This document shows positions 30,001 through 36,544 of a stretch of 44,251 nucleotides of DNA, piece after piece. The DNA is from an uncultured Solibacteraceae bacterium (GTDB lineage Bacteria > Acidobacteriota > Vicinamibacteria > Vicinamibacterales > SCN-69-37). Position numbers and translations under genes: made by a program. How positions within the stretch are numbered: position 1 is the stretch's first letter; every line of letters starts with the position of its first letter. The notes under the pieces were generated by a model. That model saw only the letters and a program-made list of their open reading frames with translations, made no database searches and had not been told where the DNA came from. The DNA lies in NCBI GenBank assembly GCA_964355365.1, contig CAYHEX010000003.1:1-44251 (forward strand), in the 5' to 3' direction.

Positions 30001-30194
30001 TTGCCGTTGGGTTTGATCGGGTCGCCCGACCCGTTGCTCACGTACACGAGATCTTTGGCGGCGTAGAGGTTGGCGCTGACCGTCGACCCGGTTGCGAGGG
30101 TTGTGGCCCACGCGCCTTCAACAATCGCCGCGCGCACTGAGGAAACGGCGAGGCCGGTCAGGATTCCGACGCACAGTACTTTCCACAACTTCAT
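27024..30194 (-). CDS. Large secreted Thr-rich surface protein with SdrD-B-like, MBG and Ig-like domains and His/Cys/charged C-terminal repeats
   Basis: Signal peptide MKLWKVLCVGILTGLAVSSVRA; FNDLNGDGLQNTGEP (SdrD-B-like); ITPAPLTITA..YGDAVP and ITPAPLSVMANN (MBG-like); LWTPNHK...RAER...GNGRVY domain. GGAG precedes ATG 30194. Confidence 0.85.
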   Translation of the reverse strand: MKLWKVLCVGILTGLAVSSVRAAIVEGAWATTLATGSTVSANLYAAKDLVYVSNGSGDPIKPNGNYYFMVTDSSGTQLLSSDDIKCRVITVSSGKMNGVPADTAGGYGTPACYHTKGVTSSSKTPVQLAPFADTPNQVGGYKVWFTPLANYNPSNCPEDGDRKTFGFCTSASKTLAFTVTASAPKAAHVSVCAFNDLNGDGLQNTGEPLMPHWPVTASGVDGGTASAQTGDEGCVSFAYSGFATSSSTQSVTLTQGTFGPDWQPTAPVEGTTTITLHPGDSIQAPDFGDTNPYCPTGCSTNTVILTATTFPSLTRAFGWNITKTVDHTQVKTAGGPATFNYTVTMQHDAGVDSAWQTTGAIRLSNPGNTAIDNIVVTSAVNNGGTCVLTGGGTVSIPAGSHDELPYRCDYTGAPAPGTVTVAATWSTFQASASTSVDFATAVISAIDGSAVVDDTLQGRLGTVTAADTNPVAFTYAKTFDGVPGQCTTITNTASFTTDTTETTRASSQDVDACVHALRPATVTVTPVTARYSATAHGTTCAVSDGFDGTLSYSGVAPTLYGPVADAPTAAGTYLATCDFAGDMNNDAVSGSAAVTITPAPLTITASSVSLTYGDAVPEITAQFDGFVGDETAAALLTAPRCTTSYTTTSGAGTRRVTICYGARSDNYKFRSVLGTVTIAKKAVTATTAPVTATYTGTQHGTTCTISDGLTGTLTYADQTPVKAGVYTATCAFAGDENHLSATASATITITPAPLSVMANNTTRSYLAADPSLDGVLTGVMTGDAITATYRSTGTGSRVPGAYAIVPALADPTSTLANYTVTSTNGTLTITNATPVCTAATPSQSLLWTPNHKWTPITINGVTDADGGPIAIRILSIFQDEPTDSSGDGETSVDGKGIGTSTASVRAERVGDREDDNDHRDGDRCDHERGAKGHKKNDSCEHERDGRNKVRGNGRVYHITFTAADSLGASCTGEVTVGVPRDQGRHATPVDDGALYDSTRVTLPSGHAKGDGCEDGDHEKGRKGSEERHGNGDKCDHELGKNGHKKGDGCEHERNKR

Positions 30195-30342
30195 TGGGCT
30201 CATCTCCACCGTGCGCACCGAAGCCTGCGCGCAGCGCAACTATGGCGCTGGAGGCCCGTGCGCGGCCATGCCACGTAGGTGGTATGGCACCTGGGGAACA
30301 ACCCCGGGCAACCTCCCAGCCGCATACCCGGTCTAACCGGCC

Positions 30343-31329
30343 ATGCGGCTCGCTCGAATCGCGCTCCTGTCCCTGACCGGTCTGGTCGCCTGCGGCGGCA
30401 GTGCGTCGCCGACGGCGCCCAACACCACCGCCACCACGACGACGACCACGACGACGTCAACGGCGCCGACGCCGGTGTATGTGGTGCTGTTCACGCATAT
30501 CGAAGACAACACGCCGACCGGCACGATCGGCGACGCGATCACCCGAACGAACTACCTGCGCACGCGCCAGAGCGTGATCGACATGGCCACGCTCGCGCGG
30601 CGCTACAGCGTCAAGTGGGTGCTGCAGCCCGACTGGAAGTTTCTGCTGGCCGCGCTCGCCTACGAAGACGCGTCGATGACGTCGTCAACCGGCGGCGTGA
30701 ACGTGCTGCGCTACCTGCGCGACACGATGGGCGTCGCGATCGACGCGCACTCGCACGAGAACTTCGGCTACAACTACACGGACGTCGCGTACCTGCTCGA
30801 TCAACTCGGCGTGGGCGGCACCACGGTGATCGGCGGACACGTCTGGGATCCGTCGCTGCCGCAGTTTCAGAACTGGGACCGTTTCCGCTCGGCGCAAAGC
30901 GGTCAGACGTATCCGTCGGCGCGCTGGCGCGGCGACATTTTGATGGGCGCCGGCACACCCAACCACGTCAACGATCCCACGGTGAGCGGCGTGTGGCATC
31001 CGAAGGACCGCAACAACTTCTTCACGGACGATCCCACCGGCAACATCGTGTCGGTCGGACAGTTCAAGGGCGACGTGGACGGCATCACCGAACTCAACGC
31101 GCTCGCCCGGGCGGGCACCATCGCGTCCACGTGCATGAAGACCGCGTCGATTCACCTGCTGCCCTCCACGCTCACCTCGACGAGTGGGCTGGCCTCGGTG
31201 GAAAGCACGTACGTCGCGCCGATTGCCGCGCTCGGCAGCAGTCAGGCGGTGACGACCGACTTCACGTCGCTCGTTGCCACGTGGCGGTCGTCATTTGGTG
31301 GGCGCGGCTGCACGTACATACCGCGCTGA
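30343..31329 (+). CDS. Lipoprotein, putative polysaccharide deacetylase-like (NodB/CE4-type) fold
   Basis: Lipobox LVAC, poly-Thr linker, FTHIED and DAHSHE putative metal motifs. Function inferred. Confidence 0.7.
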   Translation: MRLARIALLSLTGLVACGGSASPTAPNTTATTTTTTTTSTAPTPVYVVLFTHIEDNTPTGTIGDAITRTNYLRTRQSVIDMATLARRYSVKWVLQPDWKFLLAALAYEDASMTSSTGGVNVLRYLRDTMGVAIDAHSHENFGYNYTDVAYLLDQLGVGGTTVIGGHVWDPSLPQFQNWDRFRSAQSGQTYPSARWRGDILMGAGTPNHVNDPTVSGVWHPKDRNNFFTDDPTGNIVSVGQFKGDVDGITELNALARAGTIASTCMKTASIHLLPSTLTSTSGLASVESTYVAPIAALGSSQAVTTDFTSLVATWRSSFGGRGCTYIPR

Positions 31330-31338
31330 CGGGTCACG
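31216..31338 (+). repeat. 123-bp direct repeat, copy 1 (3' end of the lipoprotein gene; attL-like)
   Basis: Matches 33250-33372 at offset 2034. Exact 62 bp core: 31234-31295 = 33268-33329. Confidence 0.93.
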
Positions 31339-31376
31339 CTCGGCGCGCCAGCCCTGAGCGGTCGCAGATCGTTGAC

Positions 31377-31405
31377 TTGCTCCCACCATGGGACCACGTT
31401 ACAAT
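31377..31405 (+). promoter_or_regulatory. Putative sigma70 promoter and operator of higBA
   Basis: TTGCTC (31377-82), 17 nt spacer, TACAAT (31400-05). Palindrome TCCCA-N3-TGGGA (31381-93) overlaps the -35 and spacer. GTG start 8 nt downstream, so likely leaderless. Confidence 0.6.
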
Positions 31406-31413
31406 CTGGACCT

Positions 31414-31707
31414 GTGCGGATCATAGCCCTCCGAGCCCTGCGCGACTTTTGGGAGCGGCATGCCGATGCAGAACAGCCCTTGCGGGCCTGGTACCACGAC
31501 GCACGGCGCGCTGATTGGCGGACGCCCATGGATATCAAACGGGTCTATGCGAACGCGAGCGTTGTTGGTGAGAACCGCGTGGTGTTCAACATCGGCGGAA
31601 ACAAATACCGCCTCGTGGTGGCGATCAACTACCCGTTTCGCATTTGCTATATCCGGTTCATCGGCACCCATCGCGCGTACGATCGCGTCGATGTTGAGAC
31701 CATTTGA
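31414..31707 (+). CDS. higB: Type II TA toxin HigB (RelE-like mRNA interferase)
   Basis: RIIALRALRDFWERH...LRAWY...RVVFNIGGNKYRLVV...IRFIGTHRAYD; toxin lies upstream of the antitoxin. Confidence 0.92.
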   Translation: MRIIALRALRDFWERHADAEQPLRAWYHDARRADWRTPMDIKRVYANASVVGENRVVFNIGGNKYRLVVAINYPFRICYIRFIGTHRAYDRVDVETI

Positions 31708-31715
31708 GGCAAACA

Positions 31716-32093
31716 ATGGAGATTCGACCGGTCAAAACGAAAGCGGACCATCGAGCGGCGCTCAAGGAGATCGAACGCCTGATGGCTGCGAAGCCCGGGA
31801 CGCCCAATGGCGACCGGCTTGAAGTGCTCACCACGCTGGTCGAACGCTTCGAATCACTGCATGAGCCGGTCGGCCCGCCGCATCCCATTGAGGCCCTCCT
31901 CTATCACATGGAAAGTCGGGGCCTGACGCGACGCGACCTGGAGCCGTACCTCGGCAGCCGCGCGCGTGTGGCTGAGGTGCTCAATCGACGACGGGCGCTG
32001 ACGATCGACATGATCCGCAGGCTGCACGAAGGTCTCGGCATTTCTGCGGAAGTCTTGATCCACCCCTATCGCGTGCGCGGCTCGGCTGCGTAG
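31716..32093 (+). CDS. higA: Type II TA antitoxin HigA (HTH-XRE)
   Basis: IRPVKTKADHRAAL...GTPNGDRLEVLTTLVERFE...MESRGLTRRDL...SRARVAEVLNRRRALTIDMIRRLH. Confidence 0.92.
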   Translation: MEIRPVKTKADHRAALKEIERLMAAKPGTPNGDRLEVLTTLVERFESLHEPVGPPHPIEALLYHMESRGLTRRDLEPYLGSRARVAEVLNRRRALTIDMIRRLHEGLGISAEVLIHPYRVRGSAA

Positions 32094-32156
32094 AGCCATT
32101 CTGGATTTCTCAACCGAGCGCTTCGCACCGAATGAGGCACGGCGTAGACTACGCCC

Positions 32157-33286
32157 GTGGGTCGCCTCTGGAGAATCGCAACGCTGGCGCTGATTGCCAG
32201 TTCGCCGATATCGGCGCAGCGCCCGCCAGTCCCCGCGCCGGTTCAGGCGACGCTTCGTCTCGAAGGAAGCCGCACATCTTTCAAGAGCGGCGAGCCCATT
32301 CGCCTGCAGCTTGAATTGGCGGCCAGTGAGCCCGGATTTGTCGCCGATGTCGCGGGCACAGACGACCAATCTGATGTCCTGACGATTCGCCCGGAAGCCG
32401 GCGTCACTCGCATGCCGCAGTGGGGATGGCGCGACTACCGCGCCATGCAACCCCTGTCGGGCAAGCTATTGCCGATCAATCTCACGGCCTGCTCCCGGCG
32501 CTGGCCGAACTGGCGCCCGACCTGGCCGTCGAGCCTCTGATCACCGCGCTGCTCGACAAGAAGGCCCCTCTACTCCCGGAAGTATTTGCGACCATGCCGC
32601 CGGGATCATTGGCCGCCGCCGGGCCACGACTGATCGAGGCCATTCGCGAGCAAATGGAGGCGGTGAGCGCAGATAGCGGAGCTGAGTTCCGCGCAGAACA
32701 AAAGATCGGCGCGTTAGCAATCATCGCAGACGGAAGAGTGCTGCAGGCGGCGCGATCGCTCTACCAGGAAGAGACCGCATCCATGAGTGTCAACGCGCGT
32801 GCCGGCCTGTTGCGCTATCTGGTTCGTTGGGATCCAGTTGGTGGCGAGCAGCTGATCCGAGCGGCGTTGCTTTCGGGCGATGCGCCGTCGTTGCTGGAGC
32901 TTATTGCAGGGCCTTCGCACCTCCCCGCACTCGATATGCTCATCCGCGAGCGCCTGACGGACTCGAACACCAGTGCGTCCGCGCAGGCCGCATCTCTGCT
33001 CTCGCAACATGGAACGGCAGAAGACCGCTACCGCATCGAGCAGCGGCTCACGCAATGGCGAGTCGAACGGCAGGCACAGCTCCTGGCGGGTATGATCCTG
33101 GGCCCTGCTGATGGGCGCTTCGAAGCGCATTTGGTGCGGGCGCTCGTCTACAGCAAGCACTGGACACTGACTCAACCGGAACAACGGGACTTGGCAGCCC
33201 AGTGCCTCACAGACGAGTGTCGTGCAGCGCTTCGAAGCGGACGGTCAGAGCGCCGATCGCCGCGATGGGCAGCAGTCAGGCGGTGA
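32157..33286 (+). pseudogene. Disrupted secreted protein gene (N-terminal beta domain + HEAT-like helical repeats)
   Basis: Signal-peptide ORF 32157..32540 loses protein-like character near 32485, where a different frame (ORF 32420..33286) becomes protein-like. Consistent with a frameshift or internal deletion. Confidence 0.6.
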
Positions 33287-33372
33287 CGACCGACTTCACG
33301 TCGCTCGTTGCCACGTGGCGGTCGTCATTCGGCGGCCGCGGCTGCACCTACATTTCGCGCTGACGGTTCACG
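33250..33372 (+). repeat. 123-bp direct repeat, copy 2 (displaced 3' end of the lipoprotein gene; attR-like)
   Basis: Encodes APIAAMGSSQAVTTDFTSLVATWRSSFGGRGCTYISR* versus APIAALGSSQ...CTYIPR* in the gene. Confidence 0.93.
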
Positions 33373-33448
33373 GGGGCGATGCCTGGGCGACGTCGGCGAC
33401 GGATGGCCTCGACCGCACAACGGTCTCTTCCTTCTGTAGAATCGACCT

Positions 33449-33706
33449 ATGGCAGCGCGCTCATCGGCCTTGGCGAACTGGACACCCGAGCAAGTGGCGC
33501 AGGGACGTCGCTGGGCCAAGGCATGGCAGGACGCAGCTCCCCGGCTTGAAGCCATTCGACGGCGGGAGTTGCGTGAACTGGATGCCTTCACCGCCATTTC
33601 CTGGCTCTGCGGCTCGGCCGACTACTCTGAGGCGCCACGGGCGCCGAAGCCCACGTCCGGCCTGATCGAACAACAGCGACTCTTCACACAACTGCGGCGG
33701 CCGTGA
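33449..33706 (+). CDS. Small hypothetical protein, putative antitoxin/partner of the downstream nucleotidyltransferase
   Basis: 85 aa helical ORF; GTGA overlap with the NTase gene; TAGAAT -10-like box at 33437-33442 just before the ATG. Confidence 0.7.
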   Translation: MAARSSALANWTPEQVAQGRRWAKAWQDAAPRLEAIRRRELRELDAFTAISWLCGSADYSEAPRAPKPTSGLIEQQRLFTQLRRP

Positions 33707-34269
33707 ACGCGCTCATTCAAGCGGCGGCGCAACTGCAGGCCGTGTGTGTCCGCCACGACTGGCGGTTCTGTTTCATCGGTGGACTGGCCGTTCAGCGCTG
33801 GGGTGAACCGCGAGAAACGGTGGACGTTGACCTCACGCTCCTGACGGGCTTCGGAGACGAAGCCCGCTTCGTCTCGGTGTTGATGGCCGCCTTTCCGTCG
33901 AGGATCGACGACGCCGCACAGTTTGCCGCCGTCAATCGTGTGCTGCTGCTACGCGCGGCGTCTGGTGTGGGCCTCGACATTGCCCTCGGGGGCCTGCCGT
34001 TCGAAGAATTGGCCGTGAGCCGCTCGAGCCTGTTTACGTTTCCTCCGGACGTTCCGCTCCGAACCTGCTCGGCCGAGGATCTCATCGTGCTCAAGGCCTT
34101 CGCCGATCGGCCCAAGGACTGGCTCGATATCGACGGCATCATCGTTCGACAAGACGCCGTGCTGGACTGGCGCTACATCCACACTCAACTCGCGCCCCTG
34201 GCGGAACTCAAGGACGCACCCGAACTCGTCAGCAAACTGGAACGCCGCCGCACGGACCTGAAGGAATAG
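33703..34269 (+). CDS. Pol-beta superfamily nucleotidyltransferase (AbiEii/DUF6036-like)
   Basis: FIGGLAV...PRETVDVDL (GG + RxTxDxD), third Asp in GLDIAL, C-terminal SAEDLIVLKAFADRPKDWLDI. Confidence 0.85.
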   Translation: MNALIQAAAQLQAVCVRHDWRFCFIGGLAVQRWGEPRETVDVDLTLLTGFGDEARFVSVLMAAFPSRIDDAAQFAAVNRVLLLRAASGVGLDIALGGLPFEELAVSRSSLFTFPPDVPLRTCSAEDLIVLKAFADRPKDWLDIDGIIVRQDAVLDWRYIHTQLAPLAELKDAPELVSKLERRRTDLKE

Positions 34270-34360
34270 CGCGGAGCTCCGTCCGCCTCGTTGTGGAGAT
34301 CATTCCACCATGACAATCCCGCTACTGGTGCAGGATTATCATGGTCGCCTCGCCCGACCA

Positions 34361-36064
34361 TCACGCACCGGTCGCGCCCACGCCGTACTTCTCGAAGAAC
34401 CGACGCTCGTCGGCGCGATCGCCGATCAGAATCAGCTCGGCGCCGGCCTCGAGCGGCACCGTGATGTCCGGATACGCCGCCTCTCCGCCCGCGCGCCGCA
34501 CGGCGAACACGTTGCAGCCGGTCTCTTCGCGCAGCAGGCAGTCGCCGATCGGCTTCCCCACCAGCGCGGCGGGCACGCGCACCGTGAACACTTCGATGCC
34601 CTCGTCGAGCAACAACAGGTTGCCGCGATGGACGATGTCGAAGATCGCGGTCGCTTCCATGGGCACGTACGACAGCACCGAATCCGCGCCCGCCCGGCGC
34701 ATCGTCGGCGCGTTCTGTTCGGCGGTGGCACGGCTGAGGATCTGCAGCCCCGGATACGTGGAGCGGCAATACAGCGACAGGTACACGTTCACGTCGTCAT
34801 CGTGCGTCGTGATGGCGATGCTGGCCGCACGCTCGATGCCGCCCGCCTTGAGCACGTCGGGATCGGTCGCGTCGCCGATCAGATAACGCGACCGGTCCTC
34901 ACGCTCGATCCGATCGGCCGCGCGCTCGATCACGGTGTGCGCGATGCCGGCCAGCGACAGATGGCGCGACGTCGCGCGGCCGACGCGGCCGGCGCCGATC
35001 ACCACCGCGTACGACGGCGGCAGTTCCTGCGTGCGAATGCCGTGCTCGTACGCGTCGAGATCGGACGGCGCGCCCGACAACAGGAGCGTCATGTCCTCCG
35101 CGATCACCGTCGACGCCGCGCCGGGCAGATACGCCCCACGCTGCCAGACGCCGACGACGTTGATGTTGAAGCGCTGTCGCAGTTGGGACCCGCGGATCGT
35201 CTGGCCGACGAGCGAGGTGCCCGCAGCCGAGGTCTCGGCGATGCGCAACCCGTCGAGTTCCGCGACGACGTGCGTGCGGCCGCCACCACGTGTCGCGATG
35301 CGGCGCGCCATCTCGCGGCCCACGAGTTCGCCGAGCTGAATGACCTGCTGACAGCCCGCCTGCCGAAACAGATCCGCCGACGTTTCCCATCCGGCCGTGG
35401 CCACGATCGGTACCGTTTCGGAGGCCTGGCGCACGGTGAGGATCACCGCCGCGTTGGCCATGTCGTCGAGCGTGGCGGCCACGAGCGATGCCTGATCGAC
35501 CCGGGCGCGACGGTACGTGTCCACCGAATCCACGCGGCCGACCATCACGCGCACACCTTGATCGTGCAGCGCCAGCGCGCGCGCGGTGTCGTTTACGATC
35601 ACGACGTAGGGCAGATTGAACTGGATGAGGCGATCGATCAGCGCGGCTTCCACCGGACCGTAGTTGGTCAGAATCACGTGGCCGCTGACCGACGCCGGCA
35701 ACTGTCGCGGCGTGCGCGCGGCGTTACGGGCCTCGAGCCACGGCGCGTAGACGAACTGAATCAGCGTGAACGGCAGCAGCACGAACAGCAGCACCACACC
35801 GGTGGCCAGCACGAAGATGGCAAACGCGCGGCCGAGATCTGATTGGAACGTGATGTCGCCGTACCCCAGCGTGGTCATCGTCTGGGCGGTCCAGTACAGC
35901 GACGTCACCCAGCTGACGTCGCGATGCTCGCGGAGCATCAGGGCATGGAAGCCGACACTGTAGGCCACGACGATGGCCGCAACGACGGCAAGCAGGATGG
36001 TGAGCGCGCGAGCTTGGCCGACGGGTCGGCGGGGGGTGTCGTCCATATCGATGCCTGCCGGCAT
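34361..36064 (-). CDS. Two-TM potassium channel with tandem RCK (TrkA_N/TrkA_C) domains
   Basis: Pore TMTTLGYGDI; HVILTNYGP and VIGAGRVG Rossmann motifs; two TrkA_C domains (LVGQTI, LVGKPI). Start may be slightly downstream. Confidence 0.92.
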   Translation of the reverse strand: MPAGIDMDDTPRRPVGQARALTILLAVVAAIVVAYSVGFHALMLREHRDVSWVTSLYWTAQTMTTLGYGDITFQSDLGRAFAIFVLATGVVLLFVLLPFTLIQFVYAPWLEARNAARTPRQLPASVSGHVILTNYGPVEAALIDRLIQFNLPYVVIVNDTARALALHDQGVRVMVGRVDSVDTYRRARVDQASLVAATLDDMANAAVILTVRQASETVPIVATAGWETSADLFRQAGCQQVIQLGELVGREMARRIATRGGGRTHVVAELDGLRIAETSAAGTSLVGQTIRGSQLRQRFNINVVGVWQRGAYLPGAASTVIAEDMTLLLSGAPSDLDAYEHGIRTQELPPSYAVVIGAGRVGRATSRHLSLAGIAHTVIERAADRIEREDRSRYLIGDATDPDVLKAGGIERAASIAITTHDDDVNVYLSLYCRSTYPGLQILSRATAEQNAPTMRRAGADSVLSYVPMEATAIFDIVHRGNLLLLDEGIEVFTVRVPAALVGKPIGDCLLREETGCNVFAVRRAGGEAAYPDITVPLEAGAELILIGDRADERRFFEKYGVGATGA

Positions 36065-36087
36065 CTGGTGTCAGATGCCTTGCGGCA

Positions 36088-36414
36088 TCATGCCACGCGC
36101 TCGACCTGTTCGCCGACGAAGTCGCGCAGCTCCGTGCGGTCTTCGGGTGACAGATCCAGAAACTCCACGCCGATACCGCCCGACTCGCGCAGGTTGCGCA
36201 CGATGACGGTTGTGGAAATCCGGTGCCCCGAGAACGGCAGGTCGAACCGCAGGGACAGGATGCTGCCCAGGCCAAAGTGCTGGCGCGTCTGAATGAACGC
36301 CCCGCGCTCGCTCAGGTCGCGGAGTACGTCCGGAGACCTGGTAAAGATCCCGTCCTGGCCCAGCCAGATCTGGGTGCGAACGGCGGCGCGTGGATGGTGT
36401 CGGTTCATCGACAT
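36088..36414 (-). CDS. Stand-alone PilZ domain protein
   Basis: RxxxR (RHHPR) and DxSxxG (DLSERG) c-di-GMP motifs; GIGVEFLDLS. Confidence 0.85.
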   Translation of the reverse strand: MSMNRHHPRAAVRTQIWLGQDGIFTRSPDVLRDLSERGAFIQTRQHFGLGSILSLRFDLPFSGHRISTTVIVRNLRESGGIGVEFLDLSPEDRTELRDFVGEQVERVA

Positions 36415-36450
36415 GTAAATCGACACCGACCGAAAGTTCTTCACTCGAGC

Positions 36451-36513
36451 CCCCATTGCCCCATTGCCCCATTGCCTCATTGCCTCATTGCCCCATTGCC
36501 CCATTGCCCCATT
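36451..36513. repeat. Octamer tandem repeat (CCYCATTG) x ~8
   Basis: CCCCATTG x3, CCTCATTG x2, CCCCATTG x2, CCCCATT, in the divergent intergenic region. Confidence 0.95.
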
Positions 36514-36544
36514 CCGCTTACTCTCCCCTGTGGAGTTCACCGCT

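Larger units (their letters stand above)
31339..33249. mobile_element. Small integrated islet (higBA + decayed gene) bounded by the duplicated gene 3' end; no integrase
   Basis: Flanked by the 123-bp direct repeats; carries a TA pair and a disrupted ORF; more AT-rich codons than the flanks by eye. Confidence 0.65.

Noticed and set aside
31339-34269. Prophage, IS or integron cassette array
   Set aside because: No integrase, transposase, terminal inverted repeats or recognisable attC sites.
36451-36513. CRISPR array
   Set aside because: 8-nt tandem units without spacers and no cas genes; the same applies to 38657-38821.
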